Positions 18,510 through 29,105 are shown, numbered from the stretch's first letter. The stretch: DNA of 64,000 bases from Candidatus Heimdallarchaeota archaeon (GCA_019057815.1 JAHLWR010000002.1:192001-256000), one strand, 5' to 3'. Numbers and translations are program-made. Notes: generated by a model from the sequence alone, not told the origin.

Positions 18510-19394
18510 ATGTCTTCAGCTTGGAGGATGGCACACATGTATGAGATTGTCGATAAGAAGGATTTAAACGTTGAAAATATCATGTTTAAAGTTAAAGCAC
18601 CTCAAATTGCTAGTTCTTGTAAAGCAGGTCAATTTATTATAGTACGAGCAAACGAAAAAGCAGAAAGAATCCCTCTAACAATTGCAGACTGGGATTCAAA
18701 GGAGGGGTGGATACAAATCATTTTCCAGAAAGTTGGTGCTTCAACTTATGAATTAGCTGACTACAACAAAGGTGATGAATTAATGGACTTTGTTGGACCT
18801 TTAGGTCTCCCCACGCATGCAGAAGGTGCCGGTAAAACTGTAGTAATTGGTGGAGGATTGGGAATAGCTATAGCAACACCGGTTGCTCGTGCATATAAAC
18901 AAGCTGGAAATCATGTAGATGTCATTATTGGAGCAAGAAATTCAGAACTATTAATTTTAGAAAAAGAATTGGATAAGATAGCGGATAATCTGTATATTTG
19001 CACAGATGACGGATCAAAGGGAAGAGAGGGTTTTGTGACAGAACAACTTGAAGAGTTGATTAAAAGTGGAGCAAACTATAAAACATGCTTTACAGTAGGT
19101 CCTCCAATAATGATGATGTTTGTTTCAAAGATAACAGAAAAATATGATTTAAAAACAGTAGTAAGCTTGAACAGCATAATGCTAGATGGAACAGGAATGT
19201 GTGGAGCTTGTAGAGTGTCTATAGGAGGGGAAACAAAACTAGCATGTGTAGACGGTCCAGATTTTGATGGACATCTAGTTGATTGGGAAATTTTAATGCA
19301 TCGTTTAACAGCATACAAAGATGAAGAACGTGAAGCGATGGAAGAATATCAGAAGAAAAATGAATGTTGTAACGAAAAGAAGGATGGTGCATAA
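18510..19394 (+). CDS. nfnA: NfnA/SudB small subunit of electron-bifurcating transhydrogenase (true start may be 18528 or 18537)
   Basis: GQF, ERIPLTIAD, GPLG, GGGLGIA, DGTGMCGACRV..ACVDGPDFD [2Fe-2S] motif. Confidence 0.9.
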   Translation: MSSAWRMAHMYEIVDKKDLNVENIMFKVKAPQIASSCKAGQFIIVRANEKAERIPLTIADWDSKEGWIQIIFQKVGASTYELADYNKGDELMDFVGPLGLPTHAEGAGKTVVIGGGLGIAIATPVARAYKQAGNHVDVIIGARNSELLILEKELDKIADNLYICTDDGSKGREGFVTEQLEELIKSGANYKTCFTVGPPIMMMFVSKITEKYDLKTVVSLNSIMLDGTGMCGACRVSIGGETKLACVDGPDFDGHLVDWEILMHRLTAYKDEEREAMEEYQKKNECCNEKKDGA

Positions 19395-20858
19395 ATGGAG
19401 AAAGCAACAGAAAGACCACAAAGAAAACCAAGACCAATGATAATAAGAACAAAACTACCTATGCCAACACAGCACCCAGAAGATAGAGCTAAGAATTTTG
19501 ATGAGGTACCATATGGCTATAACGAGGCTGAAGCAATGTTTGAGGCACAAAGATGCCTACAGTGTAAAAATCAACCATGTGTGAAGGGTTGCCCAGTTGA
19601 AGTTCCTATCAGAGACTTCATTATTTTAATTACTGAGCGCAAATTTATGGAAGCAGCAGCACTTATTAAAACTAAAAATGGTCTTCCAGCTATTACTGGT
19701 CGTGTTTGTCCCCAAGAGACTCAATGTGAAGCTCGTTGTACTCTCGGCAGACGTTATGAATCTGTTGCAATTGGCTATCTTGAGCGTTTCGTTGCAGACT
19801 ATGCACGAGATCACGGCGAAGAAGTTGCTGAAATTCCTCTCAAGACTGGTAAAAAAGTTGCTATTGTTGGTGCGGGTCCAGCAGGTTTGACTTGTGCGAG
19901 TGATCTTGCTCTTATGGGGCATGACATCAGCATTTTTGAAGCTCTTCACAAACCTGGTGGTGTTTTAGTTTATGGTATCCCCGAGTTTCGTTTACCAAAA
20001 GATATTGTCAAGTATGAAATTGATTATGTTAAAAAATTGGGTGTCGAGTTAAACACCAATTTCATTGTTGGGCGTAATAAAACAGTTGGAGAGCTTTTAA
20101 AGGAATATGATGCTGTTTTTATTGGTTCTGGCGCAGGAGGTCCTCGTTTATTAAAACTTCCAGGCATCAATTTAGTCAATGTTTATAGTGCTAATGAATA
20201 TTTAACGCGGGTAAATTTAATGAAAGCTTACCTCTTTCCCGACTATAAAACCCCAGTTAAAATAGGTAAAAATGTTGTTACGATTGGCGCGGGTAATGTT
20301 GCAATGGATTCTGCTCGTACTGCTAAGCGTTTAGGTGCTGAAAACTCTATTATTATCTATCGTCGTAGCCGTAAAGAATGTCCTGCTCGTGCTGAAGAGG
20401 TTCATCATGCAGAGGAGGAAGAAATTGAATTTAAGTTTCTTACAAATCCTGTTCGAATCATTGGAGACGAGTTGAGCAAGGTTAAAGCAGTAGAGTGCTT
20501 GGAATATGAGCTTGGCGAGCCAGATGAAAGTGGTCGTGCTAAACCTATACCTATCCCAGGTTCTGAGCATTTAATTGAATGTGATGTTGTCATTATTGCC
20601 GTTGGAAATGATCCTAATCCCTTAATTCCAATGACCACTCCAGAGCTTGAAACAACTAAATGGGGGACTATTGTCACTGAAACAGCTACTGGTAAAACAA
20701 GTATGAAGCAAGTTTATGCTGGTGGTGACATTAGTACAGGAGCTGCTACAGTCATTGCAGCTATGGGAGCAGGAAAGATTGCTGCTAAGAGCATTCACAA
20801 AGAGATAATGGCTATTAGTGATGATGATGAAAAAGTTAGCTTAGCTCAAGGTACTTGA
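19395..20858 (+). CDS. nfnB: NfnB/SudA large subunit (GltD-like)
   Basis: RCLQC..PC..GCPV, GRVCPQE.QCE, GAGPAG, YGIPEFRLPK, GAGNVAMD; directly follows nfnA. Confidence 0.9.
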   Translation: MEKATERPQRKPRPMIIRTKLPMPTQHPEDRAKNFDEVPYGYNEAEAMFEAQRCLQCKNQPCVKGCPVEVPIRDFIILITERKFMEAAALIKTKNGLPAITGRVCPQETQCEARCTLGRRYESVAIGYLERFVADYARDHGEEVAEIPLKTGKKVAIVGAGPAGLTCASDLALMGHDISIFEALHKPGGVLVYGIPEFRLPKDIVKYEIDYVKKLGVELNTNFIVGRNKTVGELLKEYDAVFIGSGAGGPRLLKLPGINLVNVYSANEYLTRVNLMKAYLFPDYKTPVKIGKNVVTIGAGNVAMDSARTAKRLGAENSIIIYRRSRKECPARAEEVHHAEEEEIEFKFLTNPVRIIGDELSKVKAVECLEYELGEPDESGRAKPIPIPGSEHLIECDVVIIAVGNDPNPLIPMTTPELETTKWGTIVTETATGKTSMKQVYAGGDISTGAATVIAAMGAGKIAAKSIHKEIMAISDDDEKVSLAQGT

Positions 20859-21019
20859 AAAACAGCAGGATAAATACAGTTGATTCTTTTTACGCTTTTA
20901 TCCTCAGGATATAATTTCTTGAAAAAGCTAAAGTCTATCTGACGAAACATGCTAATTATTATTTGAAATTGTCATTATTATTTCTTAGTCTAAATTATTA
21001 TTTTTTCTTCTAGAACCAC

Positions 21020-21502
21020 TTATATGTGCTTAATCATCACATATGCGTCTGTATTATCTTCGTAATATTTTCGTATCTTAGAATCGATATGGAATCCTTC
21101 TTCTTCATAAAGCTGAATAGCTCCAGCATTATCAACTTTAACTTCTAATTTTACACTTGTGTATGCAAACTTCTTACAGCTATCAATGAAATGTCTAAGC
21201 AATTTTCTCCCATATCCCTTTCCTCTTACATCTTCTTCTATTGCTATGGATAATATATGGGATTGTCTAGGTAATGAGGTATATCCCCCTAGAATAAATC
21301 CAACGATTTCATCGCTATCAAGAACAACGAAACATAGTTCAGGTGCTCCAAGATATAGATTTGTGATTAAAGTTCTTCCGAAAGGAATTTTGAAGCTCCT
21401 TCTTTCAACATCAAAAACATCATCCATATCATTTTCAAACATATGTCTAATCGTAATCACATGTGACCCTTCGTTCTGATATTTTAATGCCCCAAAGCCC
21501 AA
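21020..21502 (-). CDS. rimI: RimI/Ard1-like N-terminal acetyltransferase (GNAT)
   Basis: HILSIA, RGKGYG, LEVKVDN..AI.LY...GF, YYED..DAY.M. Confidence 0.88.
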   Translation of the reverse strand: MGFGALKYQNEGSHVITIRHMFENDMDDVFDVERRSFKIPFGRTLITNLYLGAPELCFVVLDSDEIVGFILGGYTSLPRQSHILSIAIEEDVRGKGYGRKLLRHFIDSCKKFAYTSVKLEVKVDNAGAIQLYEEEGFHIDSKIRKYYEDNTDAYVMIKHI

Positions 21503-21720
21503 TAATGAGTTTAGGATTTAGCTTTTACTTTTATCTATTAATCTAGTAAAAAATAAACCTTACCTTTCTCTTATTAAATTGGTCTAGTTTGAATAGAGAT
21601 AAAACATTTGTCAACAAAATCCAAGAGTAGATTAACAAGATATTACTCAGAGATAACATCCCAAATCGGTAGGATTTTATTACTATAGATAATATTGGAT
21701 ACTACAAAGAACATTCAGAG

Positions 21721-22137
21721 ATGCACATATTGAGTAAAAAAAGAGCAACAGATTATGAAAGAAAACTTGGAGAGATATTCTGGGAAAATGGTTTTGGTGT
21801 AATGAGAGCCCCCTCTTCCTCAGGAACAACTAATATTCGTCGCCCTGATCTTCTTGTTGGATCATCGAAAAAAAATCTGACTTTTGCTATTGAGGTTAAA
21901 ACATCTCGCCAAAATCAATTCTATGTAACTAAAAAACAACTATCTGGTTTACAAGAGTTTGCTTCATGTTTTGGTGCAGAACCCTATCTTGCAGTAAAAT
22001 TCGTTGGGAAACGCATGGATTTTATGTTTTTAAAGGTTCCAGATGATTTAATTTTAAGTAAGGGAGAAAGTTACAGAGTAGATATAGATATGGTTAAAGA
22101 AAAAGCAATGGAATTTTCTTCTTTAATCAATCAATAA
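21721..22137 (+). CDS. hjc: Holliday junction resolvase Hjc
   Basis: ERKL, GF.VMRAPSS, PDLL, AIEVK, PYLAVKF. Confidence 0.9.
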   Translation: MHILSKKRATDYERKLGEIFWENGFGVMRAPSSSGTTNIRRPDLLVGSSKKNLTFAIEVKTSRQNQFYVTKKQLSGLQEFASCFGAEPYLAVKFVGKRMDFMFLKVPDDLILSKGESYRVDIDMVKEKAMEFSSLINQ

Positions 22138-22159
22138 TACAGAAAGAAGTGAGTAAACA

Positions 22160-23251
22160 ATGAAACTGCTGAAAAAAGATTACAAGCACGGGATTATTGA
22201 ATTCATTCCGGAAACGATTGATGACCTTTATTCACTTTACCGTATTCTAAAACCTGGTGATCTATTTAGGGCTTCAACAAGCCGAAGAGTGAGAAAAAAT
22301 ACGGAAGACGGAAGGTCTGATTCTGGTGATAGAGTGAAGATGGTTTTAGAAATTAGAATTGAAGAAGTTTCTTTTGGAGGTTTTGGTGATAATCTTCGGG
22401 TTAAGGGAGTTATAGTTGCAGGAAGAGAAGATTTAGTTTCTCTAGGTTCATACCACACTATAGCATTATCAACCAAGGAAAAAGCTAGAATAACAAAAGA
22501 AAAATGGGCAACGATTGAAAAGAAAATAATAGAAGAAGCAGAAAAAAGCTCCGCATCAAGCCCAATATTAATTGTCACATTAGAAGAAGGGTCGGTTTGT
22601 ATTGCGCTAATATCTCAATACCAAATGAAAATAATAAATGAATCACGTTCAGCTATCACTAGAAAATTCAGTGATGTAAAGCAACATACTTCTACAATGG
22701 GAGTTTTCTTCCAAGATGTGCTGCAAATGATTCAAGATGCTATCTCACAATACAAAATAGATATACTCATTCTTGCTGGCCCTAGTTTCACCTCTGAAAA
22801 CTTCATGGATTTTGTGAAAAAACGTAACCAAGATATTGCAAATAAGATTCAAACTGTTCATGTTCATACAGGAGGAAGAGTTGGTCTTCATGAGGTGCTT
22901 TCAAAAAAACTACCAGAAAAAATCGCTGAAGAACAACATATAGCTAGTGAAACACGACTTTTAGATGAATTCTTCAAGAGGATAGGACAGAGTACTGGTA
23001 CCGTTGCCTATGGAGTAAAAAACGTAAAACAAGCTTTAGAAATGGGAGCCGTTGAAACCCTAATGATTAGTGATGATATGTTGAAAATAGATGATATAGC
23101 AAAAAGAGAGAGTATCGATTCATTTGTTGAACAAAATTCTCGACTTAGAGGTAAAACAGTAATAATGAGTACAATGCACGATACGGGAGAACAGCTTTCC
23201 AAATTAGGAGGTATTGCAGCTCTATTACGTTATCCTATCTCAGAATCTTGA
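22160..23251 (+). CDS. pelA: mRNA surveillance protein pelota (Dom34)
   Basis: PETIDDLY.LY..L.PGD, LRVKG, LGSYHT, AGP.F, VAYG, GAVETL, LGGIAALLRYP. Confidence 0.95.
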   Translation: MKLLKKDYKHGIIEFIPETIDDLYSLYRILKPGDLFRASTSRRVRKNTEDGRSDSGDRVKMVLEIRIEEVSFGGFGDNLRVKGVIVAGREDLVSLGSYHTIALSTKEKARITKEKWATIEKKIIEEAEKSSASSPILIVTLEEGSVCIALISQYQMKIINESRSAITRKFSDVKQHTSTMGVFFQDVLQMIQDAISQYKIDILILAGPSFTSENFMDFVKKRNQDIANKIQTVHVHTGGRVGLHEVLSKKLPEKIAEEQHIASETRLLDEFFKRIGQSTGTVAYGVKNVKQALEMGAVETLMISDDMLKIDDIAKRESIDSFVEQNSRLRGKTVIMSTMHDTGEQLSKLGGIAALLRYPISES

Positions 23252-24354
23252 TTTTTATTGTGAAAAATTGGATTTAGATATGTTATGAAGCCGCCATCAT
23301 ATGGATATTGATGGATAATTTCGATACTAACAATATCTCCTGTAAACTTTCGAGAAAGGCTTTTCCCAAATTTCTCTGCATATTCCCAATGGGTAGATAT
23401 TGTTTTATCTTCTTTTTTTACTTCTATAAGTTGGTCATCTATATTGTGGTCTTCTTTTAAAGCTTGCACAATAGAGGGAATAGACTGACTGTTTTCAACA
23501 TTGATTCTTGCCCGAACTATCAAACCTTCTTCTGTTATTTCATCAAATGGTTTTGCATAATTCTTAGCTCTACGAATAAATCTGTTCCTAAGTTGCACTT
23601 TGTCTTTATAACTTGAAGAGCAATAATGAAGTGGTACAGCAGATTTTCTAAATTTTTTAAGTATTTCAAGAGCAAATGTTTCGCTTCCTTTAACTGCTGC
23701 ACTAGAGTTATCCTTAACTGAAAAACCTCTTTCCCTCAAAAAATGAAAATTTGTCTCAGTGAATTCAAACTCATTTAAGTTGATAAAATCAAGACGAACT
23801 TCTGAAGCAAACGTTATAATCTCTTCCAAGGCTTCTTCATTATTTGGAATTACTGGGATTTCTATTCCCACATCCCAGTCTAGATTTTTAGCATTTTGTA
23901 TGGATTCTTTCATATTCTTTCCCAAAATAAGAAGAGGTGGATGAAAACGTATTTCATCAAGACCAGCTTGATGTAGCCTTTGCAAAGCATCCTTACTCAA
24001 TGCTTTAGAAGTATAAAGATGACAGTGAAAATCCTCCCCAAATTCTCTCTTAAAAGAAAGTATGTACCGAATAATCCTATCTAGTTTTAAAGTAGGCTCT
24101 CCTCCAGTTATACCCACACCTAAAGCAGAGATTTGTTTAGCTTCGTGAATCGCTTCCTCAACATTGAAAATTAACTGTTCATCAGCAAATTGGACATCTA
24201 GTCTCCTTTCCTTCGAAACGGGGCAGTAAAAACAGTTTGTAGAGCATTCTCCTGTAATAAAAAGAACTAGTTTGGCACCAAGCGCGCAAAATTCGCACCC
24301 TTTTGAGGGTTTACCTACTACCTTGTCTCCGTACCATTTAGCTATTTTTCCCAT
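23230..24354 (-). CDS. Radical SAM protein (archaeal COG2108-like)
   Basis: GC..C..GAKLVLFITG.C...CFYCP, ITGGEP, LDEIRFHP, NLNEFE; start inferred at MGKIAK (ORF track extends to 24402). Confidence 0.88.
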   Translation of the reverse strand: MGKIAKWYGDKVVGKPSKGCEFCALGAKLVLFITGECSTNCFYCPVSKERRLDVQFADEQLIFNVEEAIHEAKQISALGVGITGGEPTLKLDRIIRYILSFKREFGEDFHCHLYTSKALSKDALQRLHQAGLDEIRFHPPLLILGKNMKESIQNAKNLDWDVGIEIPVIPNNEEALEEIITFASEVRLDFINLNEFEFTETNFHFLRERGFSVKDNSSAAVKGSETFALEILKKFRKSAVPLHYCSSSYKDKVQLRNRFIRRAKNYAKPFDEITEEGLIVRARINVENSQSIPSIVQALKEDHNIDDQLIEVKKEDKTISTHWEYAEKFGKSLSRKFTGDIVSIEIIHQYPYDGGFITYLNPIFHNKNQDSEIG

Positions 24355-24449
24355 TTCAAGCTGAAATTCAGATTCGATAATAAAAAGAATCAGATTGAAC
24401 ATCTTCGAAAGAGAGAAGCACTAACAAAACTAGTCTAATCTTTTCTATT

Positions 24450-25295
24450 TTAAAAAGGTCTCTCCTCTGACAAATCGATAATCCTATCAGATATTTCTAG
24501 CTGAATCCAGTTTAGTAAAGCAATGACTTCTTCCTCATAAAGCGCTTCATAATAGAAATAACTTACTAACCAAAAATCACTTTCTTGTTTAGCTAATTGT
24601 TTAAGATACCAACCCTCTTGTAGTTCAGAAGTATTAATCTTATTTTTTTCAAGCCTTCTGTTTTCATTTTCTGAGAGAGCAGATTTAACAAAAATTTCAC
24701 TATCAATTGAGAACGCCGTTAGTAATTCTGAGAAAAGAGCAACACTATTTTTCTCTCTTAACTCATCTCGCGAAGAGATAGCATATACTTTACCTTGATC
24801 TATATCTCCTATAAACAAGTCAACTACAAACATTTTAGCTTCTTCTTCTAAGTTTCTGAGTTTTTGTTTCAGCTGGTCTATGAAGACTTTTTCAAGTTTT
24901 TCTTCAGGGAAAATTTGAGTATATTTAGCTATTTCCTGTACTCTCTCCATAACCTCACTAGGAGGGTCAAATTTCTCATATGAGATATAGGGAGAAAGAA
25001 TTTCGAATATTTTTTGACCTCTCATCTCTAAATATTCATTGTTCTCATGTATATCAGTAAAGAATACAAAACGTAAAGGATTAGTTTCTCCAAGAGGAGA
25101 AAAGAGATAGATCTTTATTTCTTCGAGTGATGCATTTACTAGCCCTCTTTTACTTGATGTACATTCTTTTACAAAAGTATTTAACGCACAAATCATAGGC
25201 CAGATTAATTCTTGGCTAATTTGCAGGGAATCGTCGTGATAAATAGTACGACCTAAACCTATTCCAATATCCATAAAAGAAACTAAATGTATCAT
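24450..25295 (-). CDS. Hypothetical protein, probably longin-like N-terminal domain plus a second longin/roadblock-like domain
   Basis: beta-beta-alpha(LIWPMICALNTF)-beta-beta-beta(RFVFFTD)-alpha pattern. Confidence 0.45.
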   Translation of the reverse strand: MIHLVSFMDIGIGLGRTIYHDDSLQISQELIWPMICALNTFVKECTSSKRGLVNASLEEIKIYLFSPLGETNPLRFVFFTDIHENNEYLEMRGQKIFEILSPYISYEKFDPPSEVMERVQEIAKYTQIFPEEKLEKVFIDQLKQKLRNLEEEAKMFVVDLFIGDIDQGKVYAISSRDELREKNSVALFSELLTAFSIDSEIFVKSALSENENRRLEKNKINTSELQEGWYLKQLAKQESDFWLVSYFYYEALYEEEVIALLNWIQLEISDRIIDLSEERPF

Positions 25296-25521
25296 TATTT
25301 AGAAATTATTCCCGCTCTTCATAAAAATATCTCTAGTTTTTATTGTGGTTTTTACTTGAATCTGATTTGTTAAACTTGAAATCTTTAGAAAAACCAAAAA
25401 AATTCTGTTTTCCGCTTTTATGGCTTTAAATAATTAGAATAACAGATATTATTTTTGTAAAGCTAAAAGAGGTCAAAAAAGACATTTTTTATATGGTTGA
25501 AATGAATAGCGATTAACATAG

Positions 25522-26724
25522 GTGATTACTATAAATACGGAGTTTCTGATTCTATTAATTATTTTTTGTGTATTCATGCTCCTTTCTGTCCTTGGTACAT
25601 GGCTTAATTTGGAGAAGTATGGCTTTTTATTCTTCCCTCTTGGATTCATTTACAAAACTGAATTTTTCAACAAAATATTAATCAAAATAGCAGATAGGGG
25701 AAAAAAACTACATGAAGTAATTTATAGATTTGGTAAAATCCTAGCTTTAGTAATTACTGGAGTGTTACTTATTTACTTCATCGTTAATCCATTTCTTTTA
25801 ATGTTCAGTTCACCATTTGGTATAGGACTTAGACTTATAATTCCTGGAGTTACTATTGATCTGAAAACTGCACTTCTCTTTATAATCCCAATAATTTTTA
25901 CTTTAATTCCTCATGAAATGGCTCATGCTATTATGGCTCGAAAAGAAGGTATAAAAATTAAATCTTCAGGTATTTTTATCTTGCTTATCCTTTTTGGGGG
26001 ATTTGTAGAACTTGCAAAAGACAGTTTGGAGAAAGCTCTTCCAAAGAAAAGAATCAAGGTTTACATGAATGGAGCCTCAATTAATGCTGTTTTTGCTGTA
26101 ATATTTTTAGGATTATATTTTTTAACACCCGCTATATCCTTAATAGGTTTCAAACAAGCAGATGGGGTTTTAGTTACAAATGTCTATGACGGATACCCAG
26201 CTGATAAGGTGGGTATTCAGAAAAAAGATGTCATAATAGGCATGGGTAAATATAATGAGAGTTTACAGGAAATTGTTTATATCCCTGTTAATAGTGTTAA
26301 AGATTACAATTTAATTATTTTACAATTTGATAATAACAGCTCTTTATATGTCCAACTTCTTCAAAAAGAGACTATAGTTGTAACACCTACAATAACCAAC
26401 CCAATTTCAGGACAAAATGTTTCAGATAAAGTATATCTAGGAATAAATATTTTCGATTACTATTCTCCAAGAGTCAAATGGTTATCGCCTATGATACCTT
26501 ATTACTTGAATATTGAAACACTATACACATTGAATCTTTGTGTAATGGCGGTTTTTGTTAATATGTTACCATTGGGGATTACTGATGGAGATAAAATATT
26601 TAGAGAATATATGAATCTGAAATCAAAGAACGAGAGTAAGAAAAGAAAAATATTATATGGTGTAAGAATCTTTTCTGCTTTAATTATAATACTAAATATT
26701 ACATTTACAATGATTAGATGGTAG
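25522..26724 (+). CDS. Site-2 protease (M50) with PDZ domain
   Basis: HEMAH, GGFVE, N.LP...DG, PDZ V..GYPADKVGI..KDVI. Confidence 0.92.
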   Translation: MITINTEFLILLIIFCVFMLLSVLGTWLNLEKYGFLFFPLGFIYKTEFFNKILIKIADRGKKLHEVIYRFGKILALVITGVLLIYFIVNPFLLMFSSPFGIGLRLIIPGVTIDLKTALLFIIPIIFTLIPHEMAHAIMARKEGIKIKSSGIFILLILFGGFVELAKDSLEKALPKKRIKVYMNGASINAVFAVIFLGLYFLTPAISLIGFKQADGVLVTNVYDGYPADKVGIQKKDVIIGMGKYNESLQEIVYIPVNSVKDYNLIILQFDNNSSLYVQLLQKETIVVTPTITNPISGQNVSDKVYLGINIFDYYSPRVKWLSPMIPYYLNIETLYTLNLCVMAVFVNMLPLGITDGDKIFREYMNLKSKNESKKRKILYGVRIFSALIIILNITFTMIRW

Positions 26725-27695
26725 TAAAAATGAAATGTACATTTTGTAAACAAGATGCCGTTTATGTTAGACCTTATGATAAATCACCATTGTGTATAGT
26801 TCATTTTAACGAGAAAATCATTAGAAGAGTCCAAAAAACAATTACAAGATATAAGATGTTTGTGAGAAAAGGTAGAATCGCAGTAGGAGTTTCAGGTGGA
26901 AAAGATAGTATTGCTTTACTTGATGTTCTTACTAAAGTTGAACATAAATTCCCTGAAAGTGAAATAGTAGCTATAACAATTGATGAGGGAATAGAAGGAT
27001 ATAGAGAAGAAGGAATGAAATTTGCAAAAAAGCATGTTGAAAGATTAGATTTGGAGCATCATGTTTTTTCCTTCAAAAAAGATTTTGGTTATGATTTAGA
27101 CGAAATTATTGGAATTTTAGGGGAAAGAGGTAAAGGAAGAGAATATGGTGCTTGTAGCTACTGTGGAATATTAAGAAGAAAACTGCTTAACTTAGCTGCT
27201 AGGGAAGTAGGTGCTAATGTTATTGCTACAGGGCATAATTTAGAAGATGAAGCTGAAACAATTCTCTTAAATGTTATCAGAGGAGACACGTTACAGTTAG
27301 GTAGATTGGATCCTCATCCACGTAAAATACATGAGACTTTAATACCTAGAGCTAAACCATTTAGGCTCACTCCCCAAGCAGAAATCGTAATGTATTGTTA
27401 TATAAACGATTTAGAATACCAAGAAATTCAATGCCCTTATGCTGTTGAAGCATTCCGGGGTATAGTCAGGGATTTTATTTTTAAAACGCAAGAAAAACAG
27501 CCTATGTTGTGCTTTAGCATAGTTAGGGGACAAGACAAAATAAGACCAATTTTACAAACAGTAGAAGCGACAAAAAAACTTCAAAATTGTCAAAAATGTG
27601 GTGATGCGACAACAAATAGTCTATGTAAAGGCTGTTGGTTAAAAGAAAAAATAGAAAACATTGAGCAAATAAAAGAAGGAAGAGGAGGAACTTAA
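26718..27695 (+). CDS. tRNA 2-thiolation protein (Ncs6/Ctu1/TtuA family)
   Basis: CxxC..CxxHF, SGGKDS PP-loop, ACSYCGILRR, TGHN, CPY, C-terminal Zn finger. Confidence 0.93.
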   Translation: MVVKMKCTFCKQDAVYVRPYDKSPLCIVHFNEKIIRRVQKTITRYKMFVRKGRIAVGVSGGKDSIALLDVLTKVEHKFPESEIVAITIDEGIEGYREEGMKFAKKHVERLDLEHHVFSFKKDFGYDLDEIIGILGERGKGREYGACSYCGILRRKLLNLAAREVGANVIATGHNLEDEAETILLNVIRGDTLQLGRLDPHPRKIHETLIPRAKPFRLTPQAEIVMYCYINDLEYQEIQCPYAVEAFRGIVRDFIFKTQEKQPMLCFSIVRGQDKIRPILQTVEATKKLQNCQKCGDATTNSLCKGCWLKEKIENIEQIKEGRGGT

Positions 27696-28297
27696 CTTGA
27701 TTTTTGTCCGCAGTTCATGCAAAACTTGTCTTTTGATTTCAATTTCGCTCCACAGTATTCACAGAAACTAGAACTTGAGGATTTTGATTTTTGTTGTGTG
27801 TAAGGTTGGCTTGAAGGTGTGTATGGCGAGCTAGAAGGTGTGTAAGGCTGTGATGAATATCCTGAAGGAGGTCTACTTCTTCGACTAAACGATCTAATTA
27901 TACTGAAGACAATGAGAATGAATATTACAATAAAACCAATGGGGAATATAGTGAATGTGAACCAGAAGAAATCTACATCTAAGACAATCATAATGATAAC
28001 AGCAATAATAAGTGGAAACAGAAGGAAAGATAAAAATCCACAAGGTGACCTTCTATATCTTCTATGACCATACCACCCATAATGTCCTCGATAAGGTCGT
28101 CTACCATAATATCCTCTACTACCAATATAAGTTCGAGAACGAGAAGATGGTCTATGTCCTCTACTACCCGAAAAACTAGTCCTTCTTACACCACTTCCTC
28201 CTACTCTTCTAAATGACCCAGAGCTTCTGGATCTGGAACCGAATGATCGAGAACCACGCGAACCTATTGAACGAGATCTTCCACCACGAACAGGCAT
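27692..28297 (-). CDS. Membrane protein: Arg/Gly/Ser/Tyr-rich N-terminus, 2 TM helices, C-terminal double zinc ribbon
   Basis: Low-complexity RGS/RY tail, two hydrophobic helices, FCEYCG..KFCMNCG. Confidence 0.8.
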   Translation of the reverse strand: MPVRGGRSRSIGSRGSRSFGSRSRSSGSFRRVGGSGVRRTSFSGSRGHRPSSRSRTYIGSRGYYGRRPYRGHYGWYGHRRYRRSPCGFLSFLLFPLIIAVIIMIVLDVDFFWFTFTIFPIGFIVIFILIVFSIIRSFSRRSRPPSGYSSQPYTPSSSPYTPSSQPYTQQKSKSSSSSFCEYCGAKLKSKDKFCMNCGQKSS

Positions 28298-28394
28298 TCT
28301 AAGAAATTAAAGATTGAAGTTCAATATAAACTATTGCAAATATAAACATCCCTATGAGCTTACCTTGAAAGTAATAAAGCAATAAAAAAAAGAA

Positions 28395-28412
28395 AAACTA
28401 CTATAGTAGTTT
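28395..28412 (-). terminator. 18-bp perfect palindrome followed by a U-tract on the minus strand
   Basis: AAACTACTATAGTAGTTT then TTCTTTTTTTT, just downstream of ORF 28429-28644. Confidence 0.5.
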
Positions 28413-28428
28413 ACTGAAGTTAATTGAT

Positions 28429-28644
28429 CTATTCAGTCTTGACAGTAAATACTTTGACTAGTTGCAGTATGCAGATAACTGCTACCAAATATGCAATAAA
28501 AGCTATAGGACTCCACCAAGCACTAGTTGAGGTACCAAAGAATGCAGTGAGCATTCCGAAATCTACTGCCATGTCTAGATATCCAATTGCAAGAAATAGG
28601 CCTACTACTGTCTGAATTGCTGAGATTATTTTATATCCTGCCAT
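28429..28644 (-). CDS. Small 2-TM membrane protein (paralog A)
   Basis: 71 aa; 41/71 identical to 29360-29581 by ungapped manual alignment. Confidence 0.8.
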   Translation of the reverse strand: MAGYKIISAIQTVVGLFLAIGYLDMAVDFGMLTAFFGTSTSAWWSPIAFIAYLVAVICILQLVKVFTVKTE

Positions 28645-28808
28645 GTATTGACCTTCTGATAAGTGTATAAAAATATTGTTGACATATTAGTATGTATTAT
28701 TATTTCATGTTTAACTTGATTTTATGACCATTTTAACAAATTAAAACAGCGAAAAAAATCATAAATGTTCATAAAGAAAAAAATTGTTGAAACTAAAACC
28801 GTTTGTAG

Positions 28809-29105
28809 GGACCTAAAGTTCGATTCCACATCAGAAGCCGTTTCTTACTCTTAAGCTCCACGCTGATTGCTACAAGCATCATATATTGACCTTAGCGCTG
28901 CTTACTTCCGTACCTCGCGCAGTTTGATCTTATCCTTTCTAACAGCTTCCTCCGAAGCTGCCTCTAGAATATACAATCCCATAGGTCAACGCTTCGACGC
29001 CATCCAAATAAGGCGTATCAACCTCAATGAAACCTCAGCAGTAGCATTCACCCTGGCATATAGAGCATTTCCAGTGCAGGGTAGCCCTAGCTCCCCAGCT
29101 AGTCC
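28809..29105 (-). ncRNA. ffs: Signal recognition particle (7S) RNA; ends approximate
   Basis: Helix 8 GCGCGAGGUAC-GGAA-GUAAGCAGCGC (28895-28920), helix 6 CAGCUUC-GGAG-GAAGCUG, long helix 5, terminal GGAC/GUCC, ~300 nt. Confidence 0.9.

Noticed and set aside
19395-20858. Glutamate synthase small subunit
   Set aside because: No large subunit nearby, and pairing with an NfnA-type gene indicates NfnAB/SudAB
28818-28827. tRNA T-loop-like GTTCGATTCC on the + strand
   Set aside because: No T-stem or cloverleaf around it
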